DNA from: Octopus vulgaris
Lineage: Eukaryota
Reading direction: 5' to 3'
DNA: 64,000 nucleotides
NCBI GenBank assembly: GCA_951406725.2
Contig: OX597814.1
Location: 112,902,001 to 112,966,000, forward strand
Shown here: piece by piece, positions 50,829 to 63,522 of the stretch
Layout: each line of letters begins with the position of its first letter
Numbering within the stretch: the stretch's first letter is position 1
Notes under the pieces: generated by a model
Databases searched by the model: none
Told to the model about the DNA's origin: nothing
Seen by the model: only the letters and a program-made list of their open reading frames with translations
Translations under genes and position numbers: made by a program

Positions 50829-50834
50829 TTTATT
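50829..50834 (-). promoter_or_regulatory. Candidate distal ERp29 polyadenylation signal (others at 51155-51160 and 51880-51885)
   Basis: AATAAA on - strand followed by U/GU-rich sequence (ttatattgggttttgtgatt). Confidence 0.45.
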
Positions 50835-51263
50835 ATTGTAAACACAAGTGTTTTGAATGTTTAGGCAATATAAACTGATTGTGTTACATAACATATACAC
50901 CTCCTTGAAAAAATATCTGCTTATAATTGTAATTACTGGTAGTTGAAAATGAGATCAATACTTTTAAACAAAAGAAAAAAAACAGCCAACAAAATGGAGA
51001 ACTGAAAAAAAATACAGCTTTTTTCCAAATAATTTCAATAACGAATCAACTACAGTGAACAAACATATTTTCTTCTATTCGGAGTAACTTTTCTTCAACA
51101 GATTTTTCCTATCTCTCTAGTTTCCTTATATTTTAATACTTAATGACTTGCATGTTTATTTGTAATAAATTCTGAAACAGTCAAACAAAAAATATGTTAA
51201 TTGCTGTTGTGTTCGTCACAAGAGCTTCTCCTTTTTTGTGACGAATCTATGTTCATAACACTT

Positions 51264-51343
51264 TCTGTTCATTAGCAGAATAGATTCTGAGACACTTATG
51301 TTTCGACATATTGCGTCTCGTCAGGCAGAAACATCCAAACAGA
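51264..51343 (-). ncRNA. Type I hammerhead ribozyme candidate, sense to ERp29 3' region
   Basis: The - strand reads GGAUGU UUCUGC CUGACGA GACG CAAUA UGUC GAAA CA UAAG U GUC| UCAGAA UCU. The catalytic core is complete, stems I/II/III can form, and the GUC cleavage site falls between 51291 and 51290. Confidence 0.8.
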
Positions 51344-51967
51344 TGAATTTAATAAGCCTACGGCCTTATAATTTCAGCAAAAGAAATTGCTCACCATTCT
51401 ACTAATTTAACCCTTTCGTTACCAACCCGGCTACAACAAGCTCAGGCTCTATAGTACAAATGTCTTGTTTTTATAAGTTTTGAATTAAAATCTTCCACCA
51501 AACCTTAGTCACAATTTATGTTCCTAACACTAGCTGAATGATAACTAAGTTATTTTACTAAATTCTTTGTTATATCTAAAGTAATTGGAAGAAACACAGA
51601 GCATCTAAAAAGAAATACAGGAACTTCTGAAACATAAGATTAAAATACTCAGCAGCATTAGGGGCATTTATACTTTGCTACATTCCAAACTTAAATGCAC
51701 TTAGTACCAAGTCTTAAATTAATGCTATTTAATCTAAATGCTTACAACAAATTTGTAAAAAAAAACCCTTTTGAAACAGAAAGAAATAACATTCTCCAAG
51801 AGGTGTAACATGAAATAAAAGTCTTGTTTTACACATTTTGTTTGTTTTTCTCTAAAAAGAAATATAAAGAGGAATGATGTTTATTGATATGGAAATATAT
51901 TAATCATGTATATGAATAGTATTTCAGAAAAAAAAAAAGTAATAATGATTAAAACAGCTGGGACCTG

Positions 51968-52296
51968 TTATAGTTCATCTTGGAATTTTACATGGAAGGA
52001 ATTAAGAATGTTTAATCTATCACTAAGCTGTTCCTTCTTTTTGTCACTTACTTTTCCGTCTTTTAATTTCTCTACTCGTTTCATTTCTGATGCCAAGAAA
52101 TCGTCCTTTTCCATTATTTTTTTCATTGTTTTTACATAGATTGTAGCGTAGGATTTCTGCACATCATTTCTATACTTATTTTTAATTTCTTCAGCTTCGG
52201 CAAGAATTGCTTGTCTCTCTTCAGATGAAGCACGGGCAAATTTCTTCACAAGAACATCATAGTCTTCTAAACAGCCTGGCATTCCTAGCCAGAGAT
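51968..52296 (-). CDS. ERP29: Endoplasmic reticulum resident protein 29, last exon (LWLGMPGCLEDYD...LNILNSFHVKFQDEL*)
   Basis: tttcag acceptor on - strand; GMPGCL and NILxxF of the ERp29 helical domain; ER-retrieval-type C-terminus QDEL. Confidence 0.94.
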
Positions 52297-53437
52297 CTGA
52301 AATTTATTAAAGAAAAAGAAACAATAATTAAAAAAACATGGATGGACAATAACAAGAGCTGGTTGGACAAGAGTGGTGCGGTAGTGGGAGAATTCCTGCT
52401 TAAACAGGAAAACTTTTGTTGCAGTGCCCTCAATGCACTGCAGGCATGTGATACACGACAACAACGAATCATTATCATCATTTAACATCCTTTTTTCCAT
52501 GCTGGCATGGGTTAGACAGTTGAAAAGGAACTGATGAGCCAGAGGGCTATATTGAGCTCTAATGCTTGGTTTGGTATGGTTTCTACAGATGGATGCAGTT
52601 CCTAACACTAATCACTTTACAACGTACTGAATGCATTTTTTTTTTTGTGCGGTAACAGCACTAGGGTGGTTACCAAGACAGCCTGGACTGAGATGGGTAC
52701 AGTACTGAGTGATGTGAAAGTATGATAGAGGGACAAGAACAGGTGTCTTTTCTACTCTGGGCACAAACCCCGAATTTTGGGGGAGGGGGGGGGGGGGGCA
52801 GTCGATTAGATTGACCCCAGTATGCAACTGGTACTTAATTTATCAGCTCCAAAAGGATGAAAGGCAAAGTTGACCTCAGCGGAATTTGAACTCAGAACAT
52901 AAAGACAGACGAAATACCTATTTCTTTACTACCCACAAGGGGCTAAACACAGAGAGGACAAACAGATAAAGTCGATTATATCGACCCCAGTGCGTAACTG
53001 GTACTTATTTAATTGACCCTGAAAGGATGAAAGGCAAAGTCGACCTCAGTGGAATTTGAACTCAAAACGTAAAGACAGACGAAATACCTATTTCTATTTC
53101 TTTACTACCCACAAGGGGCTAAACATAGAGGGGACAAACAAGGACAGACAAAGGGATTAAGTCGATTATATCGACCCCAGTGCATAACTGGTACTTATTT
53201 AATCAACCCCGAAAGAATGAAAGGTAAAGTCGACCTTGGCAGAATTTGAACTCAGAACATAGCGGCAGACGATATACGGCTAAGTATTTCGCCCAGTGTG
53301 CTGTTTCTGCCAGCTCGCCACCTTACAAAAACTGGTGTCTCGCTGAAGAGGTGAATACATCATGACTACCCAAGCTAGAATGAGAGAGAAAGATGGAGAG
53401 AAAGATGGAGGCTAAAGTAAAAAAGCTTCTTACAAAC

Positions 53438-53602
53438 CTGTATTTTTCATAACAAATCTTTTTATTGCTGCAGAATCTTTCACGTTTCCTGTATAAGCGA
53501 TTGGTTCTTTCTTATCCTGCAGAAACAGTTTATAAACAGGGAAATCTTCTTTTTTGACATTAAACCGGGTAGCAAGGTCCATATTTTCTTGTTCACCATA
53601 AT
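53438..53602 (-). CDS. ERP29: ERp29 internal exon (DYGEQENMDLATRFNVKKEDFPVYKLF...IKRFVMKNT)
   Basis: aag acceptor, gtttgt donor, phases 1/1; matches ERp29 DYGxxxNxxL..FPV. Confidence 0.93.
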
Positions 53603-54360
53603 CTTTAAGAGAGATAAAAAAATAAATTAAAATAGTATTTTCCAGAAACTGTTAAAAAAATAAAATATTCATATTAAAGACAACGATGAAAAGAACAAAC
53701 ATGATAAACTAGAATAACCAATTGATAACAACACATTTCTCTGAAATCGTTGATTATTTTCTTTCTTCTGTTTGTAAAGAGGAATCTTTCCCAAAATAAG
53801 GGATTATTATACACTAATCCTTCAACTATCACAGGTGTTACATTCCAAAACCACACCCACGATAGGTGAAAATCTGCAAAGTAGAAACAGTACTATACTG
53901 TATATTTTTTTTGTTATTTTTATAATTTGTACATATCTATTTTGTTATAAAAGTGGAGGCACAATGGCCCAGTGGTTAGGGTAGCGGACTCACAAACCTC
54001 CTCCAAGGCAACACCAACGTCCTTTCAATGATTAGCCAGAGATGATTTTTTAAATGAGAATATCTGAAATAAGCTCAACTGCTCTCACAAACAAGAATGC
54101 TAAAAATGAACCTAACCACTCTCAAAGATTCAGTGAAAAACCAGGAAAAATAATCCAGAATCCTTGTCCGGTACCAAATCGATCCCAAAATCTAATCAGT
54201 TTGTGCCAGTCACAAGGCCAAACATCCTTAAAAGTTTCATCGGAATCCATCCAGCGGTTCTTGAGATATTTGTCCATGGACATACAAACAAACAAACACA
54301 ACTGAAAACAATACCTCCCCCTATGCTAAGGCGGAGGTTAATAATAACCTTAATACTTAC

Positions 54361-54499
54361 CAGCAATTTGAACTTCAGCAATTAGTAATTCTGGTTGTAC
54401 GTAAGATGACTGAGCAACCTTTTTAAACTGCTCTTGTTTTTCACCATAAGGATAAGTTTCATCAAATTTCACCAAAACTGCTTTGTGTTTACTGATAAC
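54361..54499 (-). CDS. ERP29: ERp29 internal exon (VISKHKAVLVKFDETYPYGEKQEQFKKVAQSSYVQPELLIAEVQIA); signal-peptide exon not found in window
   Basis: ttttcag acceptor, gtaagt donor; LVKFDxxYPYGEKQ is the ERp29/Windbeutel hallmark. Confidence 0.95.
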
Positions 54500-55624
54500 C
54501 TGAAAAAATACCAGGAATTTAGATTATCAGTTTTTAACAGGCAACCAATAATACATATTTTAGTTGAAAGTTTGACCATGGATCTTTCAGGAAACCCAAG
54601 TAGCAAACATAATCATGATCATGATCATCATCATTGTTTAACATCCGCTTTCCATGCTAGCATGGGTTGGACAAATGATTGAGGGCTGGCAAACCAGATG
54701 GCTGCACCAGGCTTCAATCTTGATCTGGCAGAGTTTCTACAGCTGGATGCCCTTCCTAACGCCAACCACTCTGAGAGTGTAGTGGGTGCTTTTACGTGCC
54801 ACCGGCACGGGGCCAGTCAGGTGGTACTAGCAACGAACTCGCTTAAATCTTTTACACATGCCACCAGCATAGGTGGCAGTAAGGCAATGCTGGTAACGAT
54901 TACGTTTGAATGGTGTCTTTTATGTGCCACCAGCACAGAGGCCAGATAGCCGCTCTGGCAATGATCACTCTTGGATGGTGCTCTTAATACCCTACAAGCA
55001 CGGGGCTCGAGTGCCAGTAAGGCGATACTGATAATCTGTATAAGAATTAACAAGTGCTTCAAAAAAAAATCATTTTATCTTATTTGTTTCAATCAGATTG
55101 TGGCCATGCTGGGGCACTGACTCAAAGAATTTTTGGTCGAATGAATCGACCCCAATACTTATGTTTTTTAAAAGCCTGGTATCTATTCTACTGAGTTCTT
55201 TTTTCTTTTTTGCCAAACTGCTAAGTTATGGGGATGTAAACACACCAACACCAATCCTAAGAAATGCTAGCAGAAATGTTAGCATGCCAGGAAAAATGCT
55301 TAGCAGTATTTTGTCTGCCGTTACGTTGTGATTTCAAATTCCGCCGAGGTCGACTTTGCCTTTCATCCTTTCAGGGTTGATAAATTAAGTACCAGTTATG
55401 CACTGGGGTTGATGTAATCGACTTAATCCCTTAGTCCTTGTTTGTCCCATCTGTTTAGCCCCTTGTGGGCAATAAAGAAATAAGAAGCTTTCTTTTCAAC
55501 CACATGGTTGCAGGTTCAGTCCCACTGCATGGCATCTTTGGCAAGTGTCTTCTACAATAACTTCAGTCTGACCAATGCCTTGTGATTGGATTTGGTAGAT
55601 GGAAACTGAAAGAAGCTCATTCTA

Positions 55625-55656
<32 letters not shown>

Positions 55657-56512
55657 AGTGTCTTTGTGTCTGTGTTCATCTCCTGCTACCACTTAAAAAC
55701 TGGTGTTGGTGTGTTTACAACCTCATGACTTAGTGGTTCAGCAAAAGAGACCAATACAATAACTACTAGGATTAAAAAAATAAGTACTGGGGTCAATTCA
55801 TTTGACTAAGAATTCCTCAAGGCAGTGCCCCAGCATGGCCACACCGTCTAATGACTGAAGCAAGTAAAAGACAATTTAATATATACAGTATTTAAATAAA
55901 ACCTACTAACAGTTTCATGCTGTGGAAACACAAGGATTTGGCAGACTTATATAATATGCCTTGTGCCTCCTAGCAACCTTCAAGCTTGGTGCACATGGAT
56001 AATTGTATTTGGAAACCTGGATGCTGGCCCATGAGAAAACTGGTTCTGCTACAATTAAGAGTCTTTATTATGACGTAAACATGCTACAGTCAGGTATGTG
56101 GTATGCACAACATCCATAAGTGTATTTAATGTGTTATGCAGCTCTCAACTCATCAGGCTTTACCTGATAGAAGTGAACAGTGACTCGTTGGTGAATCAAC
56201 AGGTCATCAGAAAGTGAAATTTTGAATTGGAATTACCAGTAATTAAGTAATACAAAGTGGGTGGGACTACAATTAGTCAAACAAGAGAGCAGATAGTAGA
56301 ATAAAGCTGTAAATTATGGAACTGAAAAAAGGCATGTCTAATCTAAAGATGTCATTCAACTTAGTAACATTACGCACTGCATGACACTTAGTAACATTAT
56401 CTCACTGCATGACACCCAAGGCAAAGTATCTTGTGTAACATCAGACCACCCAATGCTTCATGAGTGGAATTGGTAAACAGAAACTGTACTTAGGCCTGTT
56501 ACATATATACAT

Positions 56513-59210
56513 ATCATCATCATCATTGTTTAACGTCCGCTTTCCATGCTAGCATGGGTTGGATGGTTTGACTGAGGGCTGGCAAACCAGATGGCTGCAC
56601 CAGGCTCCAGTCTTGATCTGGCAGAGTTTCTACAGCTGCATGCCCTTCCTAACGCCAACACTCCAAGAGTGTAGTGGGTGCTTTTTACGTGCCACCGGCA
56701 CGGGGGCCAGTCAGGCGGTACTAGCAATGACCTTGCTCGAATCTTTTTACACATGCCAGTGAAGTGACATTGGTAACGATCACGCTCAAATGGTGCCCTT
56801 TTACGCGCCACGGGTACGGAAGCCAGTTGGCTGTTCTGGCAACGATCACGCTCGGATGGTGCTCTTGGCACCCTGCTAGCACAGGCATAAGTGCCAGTAA
56901 GACAACGCTGGTAACGATCACACTCGAATAGCCGCTCTGTCAATGATCACATTCATATGGTGCTCTTTGCGCCCCGCTAGCACGGATGCCAGTCATCGAA
57001 TTGATTTTGATTTCACTTGCCTCAACAGGTCTTTGCAAGCAGAGTTTAGTGACCAAAGAAGGAAAAGGTACGCATAAGTGGGCTGGTTATGCTCCTGGCA
57101 TAGGCCACAGGTTATGGCTTACCGGGTCTTCTCGAGCATAGCATATTTCCAAAAGTCTCGGTCGCTAGTCATTTCCTCGGTGAGGCCTAATGTTCGAAGG
57201 TCGTGCTTCACCACTTCATCCCAGGTCTTCCTGGGTCTACCTCTTCTACAGGTTCCCTCAACCGCTAGAGTGTGGCACTTTTTCACACAGCTATCCTCAT
57301 CCATTCTCACCACATGACCATACCAGCGCAGTCGTCTCTCTTGCACACCACATCTAATGCTTCTTAGGTCCAACTTTTCTCTCAAGGTACTTACACTCTG
57401 TCGAGTATGCACACTGACATTACACATCCATCAGATCATACTGGCTTCATTCCTTGTGAGCTTACGCATGTCCTCAGCAGTCACAGCCCATGTTTCACTT
57501 TGTCACCAGCAAAGGTAAGAGCTCTCTGAACTTTGCCCAAGCTAGTTTTATTCTAGCAGCTACACTTTCAGTGCACCTCCTCCGCTACTGACTTGGTCAT
57601 CTAGATAACAGAAGCTATCAACTACTTCTAGTTTTTCTCCCTGGTGAAAGTTCGTCTCTGCACATTTTCAGTGTTTATCGCTCCCGAGCATCTGCCACAT
57701 ACAAAAACTATCTTCCCAATTAGCCTTCCTTTGATATTACTGCACCTCTTATGTGTCCATAGCTTACACTGGGTACATCTTATAGAGTTTCTACCTACAC
57801 CTCTACTACAGATCGAGCAGGGCCATCTACCTGAAGGGATTTGTGGTTTGCCTGCCTTCCTACTTATTAGGACTTTGGCTTTGGCTAGGTTGATTCTAAG
57901 GCCCTTCGATTCTAATCCTTGTTTCCACACTTGAAACTTCTCCTCTAGTTCTGATAGTGACTCAGCAATTAGAGCAAGGTCATCAGCATAGAGGAGCTCC
58001 CAGGGGCATCCTGTCTTGAATTCCTCCGTTATTGCCTGGAGGACTGATAAATAGGAGGGGGCTGAGGACTGAACCCTGGTGGACCCCAACCTCTACCTTG
58101 AATTCTTCAGTGTACTCGTTGCCAACCCTTACCTACAGCGTCCCTGTACATGGCTTGCACAGCTCTCACTAACTATTCATCTATCCCTAGTTTCCTCATT
58201 GACCACCAGATAAGGAATTGGGGGACCCTGTCAAAGGCTTTCTCCATGTCAATGAAAGCCAGGTACAGGGGCTTATCTTTGGCTAGGTATTTCGCCTGCA
58301 GCTGTCTTACCAGAAATATGGCATCAGTGGTGCTTTTCCCTGGCACGAAACCAAACTGCATCTCATCCAAGTTGACTCCCTCCCTAATCAGTTGGGCTAT
58401 GACCCTCTCCGTAACCTTCATTACCTGATCCAACAGCTTGATACCTCTGTAATTATTTGTACCTAGGGTGTCACCTTTACTTTTGTAGCAGTTGACTATT
58501 ATGCTGCTACACCAGTCATTGGGTATGACTCCGTGTATCACCTGGTTAACTATACGGGTGACTAGGCTATAGCCGACACTGCCAGATATTTTAAGCATCT
58601 CTGCAGTAATTCCTGATGGGCCTGGGGCTTTCCCTGTCTTCATGCTTCTAATTGCCTTAACTACCAAGGAACTGTCAACTCGGATAGCAGGTCCCTCTGT
58701 TGGGTCGACATTCGGCAGACTCTCTTTATCCCATTCATTTTCTTTATTCAGTAACCTTTCATAGTAGCATCTCCAAACCACTCTCTTTGCATCCTCATTT
58801 AGTGCAAGTGAACCATCATCCATGCAAAAACACATTTCTCTCCTACCACATCATGATTCTCTTTCACACACTGTCTTGCAACACGAAATACCTCAAGTCT
58901 TTCGTCCTCACAGTGCAGAACATTGGCAAATGTTTTCTTATCTGCTTCCCCTCTGGCAAAATAAACCTGCCTCCTAGCTTCCCTTCTGGCAGTCTGATAC
59001 AATTCCCTGCTACCACCGTTCTCCCAGTCCTTCCAAGCCTGTTTCTTTTGTCTAATAGCCCTGACAACAACATTGTTCCACCACCACATTATTTTGGGTC
59101 TAGAGGGGACTTTGCACCATCCACAGATCTGGTCGGTGGCCCTTAGCAGGTTGTCCCGTAGGAACCTCCAGTTGTCTTCTATCCCATGTGAAGCTATATC
59201 CCCTTCTATT
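56513..59210 (-). mobile_element. 5'-truncated, frameshifted RTE-clade LINE in ERp29 intron
   Basis: RT motifs GKAPGPSG, NYRGIKLL, QFGFVPGKSTTDAIF, FIDMEKAFDRV, LLYADDL; C-terminal RRLRWYGHVVR/GRPRKTW; internally repetitive 3'UTR ending in (GAT)n. Confidence 0.93.
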
Positions 59211-59437
59211 TCGATATATATATATCGGCGATAATATATCTATATCTATATATATGTGTGTGTAAAAGTACCCAATACCTTCTGAAAAGTGGTTGGCATT
59301 AGGAAAGACATCCAGCAAGAGAAACGATGCCAAAACAGACATGGAGCCTGTACAGCCTTTCAGCTGGTCAGTTCCTGTCAAACCGTCCGACCCGTGCCAG
59401 CATGGAAAACACACGTTAAATGATGATGGTGATGATG

Positions 59438-59470
<33 letters not shown>

Positions 59471-60894
59471 TGTGTGTGTGCATATATAAATATGCATATA
59501 AATGTATGTGTATGCATGAGTGAGTGTAGATGTGAATAAATTATATTCCAATATTGTCCACCACCTGAGCAAAATGGAAACATTAACATTCCCTTTTAAA
59601 TCTGTGGAATGAGAAAAAAAAATCCCTTGAAAAACCAAAGAGATAGGAGTTGATGACCTGCCTCAAATGACTCCCTATTGAACCTATTTTAGCATAGAAA
59701 GGGGAAAAAACAGGATGTGCAATGAACAAACACAAACATATGCTATATTCTATACCAAAACAATATTCCTTTCATATTCAATCCTTTATATTCAGAGGCC
59801 AATCAATGAAATAGAAAATCACTATTTATCTAATTCTATGTAGCTTCTACCTTACTACACCGTGCATTCTATACCTTATCATCATATTCTATTCACATGA
59901 TGAGAAATACTTGCGTAACAACATGTGGTTACATGTTGAATGTTGTTAGATAGCTTTCTTCTAAATCAAATGAATTATCTATTTGGTGAATAGATTCAAA
60001 AGGTATACAACAAAAGCACAAAAACGTAACAGATGTTTTCGGTTCGTTTTAGAAAGCATTATGATGGCCATTTTCTTCATCATTCCCCACTGCCTCCCAC
60101 AAGTTTATCGAGTTTGCACACTTCCACCCAAAAATCAAATTCTTTCATTCATTTATTAACTGTCATCACCCACCCATACAATATAGTTTTCTCTTCTGTT
60201 ATTTTCAAATCTCAACTCCAAAAAAAAAAAGGAAGAAACCATGTTTTGGTGATCCCTTCTACCAACTTCACTATTAAACCGTAAATAGTTGCCTTTTAAC
60301 TCTTTAGCATTTAATCCGGACGTGCCAGTGGCATGTAAAAGCACCCACTACACTCTCAGAGTGGTTGGTGTTAGGAAGGGCAACCAGCTTTAGAAACTCT
60401 GTCAGATCAGATTGGAGTTTGGAAAGCGGACGTTAAATGATGATGATGATGATGATGATATCCGACCCAAATGTTCTCCTGGTTTTTATGTCAAAACTGA
60501 CCAGATTAACTTCTCGCACCTACCCTACAAATATAGAAACACGCCATTGAAATCCTGAAGCTACAAGACAATGTGTGATTAATTCAAAGCAATGTGAATG
60601 AATAAGAAATAAATTTGTGATAGAATAATCACCATCATCATCATGTAACGTCCGTTGTCCATGCTGGCATTGGATGGATGGTTTGACCAGGGCTGGTAAG
60701 CTGGAAGGCTGCACCAGAATCCAGTCTGATTTGGCATGGTTTTCTACACCTGGATGCCCTTCATGATGCCAACCACTCCAGGAGTGTAATGGATGCTTTT
60801 ATGTGCCACCAGCATGGGTGCCATTTGCGTGACACCATATATATATATATATGGTGCCATTTGCGTGACACCATATATATATATATATATACAT

Positions 60895-60932
<38 letters not shown>

Positions 60933-61496
60933 ATACATACATATATACATACGTAATACACAAGTATATATACATACATATATACTTGCACATGCACACA
61001 TATATACATAGATACACTTGCATATACACATACATCAAGATGAGCACCATAGACACATTGTCGTCTTCATAGCCCCCCATCGATTATGACGAGGGTTCCA
61101 GCTGATCCGATCGACGGAACAGCCTGCTTGTGAAATTAATGTGCAAGTGGCTGAGCACTCCATGGACACGTGTACCCTTAATGTAGTTCTCGGGGAGATT
61201 CAGCATAACACAAAGCATGACAAGACCAGCCCTTTGAAATACAGGTACAACTGAAATAGGAAGAAAGAGAGAAAGTTGTGGTGAAAGAGTACAGTAGGGT
61301 TCGCCACCAACCCCTGCCAGAGCCTCATAGAGCTTTAGGTGTTTTTGCTCGATAAACACTCACAACGCCCAGTCTGGGAATCGAAACTGCTATCCTATGA
61401 CCACGAGTCCGCTGCCCTAACCACTGGGCCATTATGCCTCCACATTGACACATACCTACATACATATAGCATGATAAATAAACAGCTTGTTAATCA

Positions 61497-61877
61497 TCTC
61501 TATATATATATAAACAGCAAAATGTCTGTTTGTGCGTGTGTGTGTGTGTATCCTTTATACAAATCCACAATTTTTCAGTTAGAGGGCTCGCACTTTCTAT
61601 GGTCATTCAAAACCGTCCAAGGGTGGTCATGCACATCTTTACATTTCCCCAGTCACCCAACAAAGCCATTAAAAAAATTAATAGAAGTGACATTTTTGTG
61701 AATTTTCTATCCAAATCTTAATCAAAATGCCCGAAACTTGATACACCAACTGAATGCCAGCTAGCTGTATGTGATTGGTCGGAGATTTGGACAGTACTCG
61801 CGTGTATGTGCACACACACGAAGCTGTATATGCATGCACTAGCAATATGACCCGGCGTTGCTGGGTCATAGTGCTAG
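61497..61877 (+). mobile_element. Non-autonomous Helitron-like element
   Basis: a|TCTCTATATATATAAA start; 3' hairpin atgaccc-ggcgttgct-gggtcat then CTAG|t. Confidence 0.75.
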
Positions 61878-63152
61878 TAGAAGATATTTTCTATGGTCAT
61901 TAAGAGTTTCTAGTGTTTGGAGTGAAGAGCTTGCATCACATCATTTCAGACTGTTTCCATTGTCTCTTAATTAATCACTGCACCATGGCCATGCTGGAGC
62001 ACCACTTTGAACTCAGAACGTAGAGACAGACGAAATACTGCTAAGCATTTCGCCCGGTATTCTAACGACTCTGGCATCTCGGGCTTATTGAGAGGATATT
62101 GAAGTGTTGTGGGCCCTTGAAGCCTAAACCGATGCAGTATCTGGTCCTGTATCTTGATGGTGATGTTGTCAAGAGGTGTTGGGGAACAAACGGACACAAA
62201 GACATGCACACACAAATAAATATTAATATATGTATGTATGCATGTTTATGATGGGCTTCATTCAGTTTCCTTCTACCAAATCCATTAACAATGCTTTGGT
62301 CAAGGTTGTAGTTGAAGGAACTCACCCAAGGTGCCACAGAATGAGACTGAACCCGGAACTGTGTGGTTGGGAAACAAACTTCTTGTACAAATATTTGGTG
62401 TTAGGAAGGGCATCCAACCGTAAAAACCAAGCCAAAGCCGACAGCAAGAGCTTGGCACAGTCCTCTGGCTCACCAGCTCCCATCAAACCGTGCCACCCAT
62501 GTCAGCATAAGAATGGATGCTAAAACGATGATAACTAGATGCTCAGACATATAAACAGAGAAGGAGAGAAGGAGAGAGAGAGAGTAAGAAAAGCATTAAA
62601 ACGAAACATTCAAACGTCTGATATGAAATTAGTCAACATAAATCAGCAATGCCAAACAGGTAGCACCAAAACAGCTGTGTCAAAACATCTCGTACTCATG
62701 CTTGTATATGTCAGCACAATTTCCACTCAAATTCTTTTAAAATAATGAAGTTCTACCACCTGCCATCCATACATTACAACTTTTTTTTTTCTTGGTATGA
62801 AAAAAAAAAATGAATCTTGCATCGATTGCTAAAACCTAAAGTAATTAACGAACATACAAGGTGAAAGTATATATATATATATATATATAATACTATATTA
62901 TATATATATATCTATAATACTATATTATATATATATATAATACATCAAGAAATAACTATTGTTTCTTTCTAAAGAGACAAAGAGTTAATAGGACTGCAAA
63001 AAAGAAGTGCTCAAATAAACGAGGCAAGGATAATTAAACATTGGTCATAGAACAAACATTAAAATGAGTTAACGACTTTATATACGATATCAAACCTCCA
63101 AACAAAGTGACCCCGGTACATGCTTTTAAGTTTTGACAACTGGTGTTAGTTT

Positions 63153-63522
63153 ATTATTTACATTATTTACATTTGACAGATATTTATCCTCAACATGTTT
63201 GTTGTTAACACAACGTTTCGGCTGATATACCCTCCAGCCTTCATCAGGTGTCTTGGGGAAATTCCGAACTTGGGTTCTCATTTCGATGTTATTATTATTA
63301 TTATTCAGTAGTTTTATTTCTATAACGTGCTTTCACTTCACTACCGAGCGCAGCTCTGTGTGCTTTGGGTATGTGCTATTATTATTCATGTGCCCAAGAC
63401 ACCTGATGAAGGCTGGAGGGTATATCAGCCAAAACGTTGTGTTAACAACAAACAAGATGAGAACAAATATCTGTCAAATGTAAATAATGTACATAATTCC
63501 TCATCTCTTAAATACAGAACTG
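63153..63522. mobile_element. Same HHR element, inverted pair, inserted in a SINE
   Basis: aactggtgttagttt at 63138-63152 and 63518-63532; intact HHR on - strand at 63207-63252. Confidence 0.78.

Noticed and set aside
52531-52560. ctgatgagccagagggc as a hammerhead
   Set aside because: No GAAA after the short stem; a diverged part of the RTE-tail repeat
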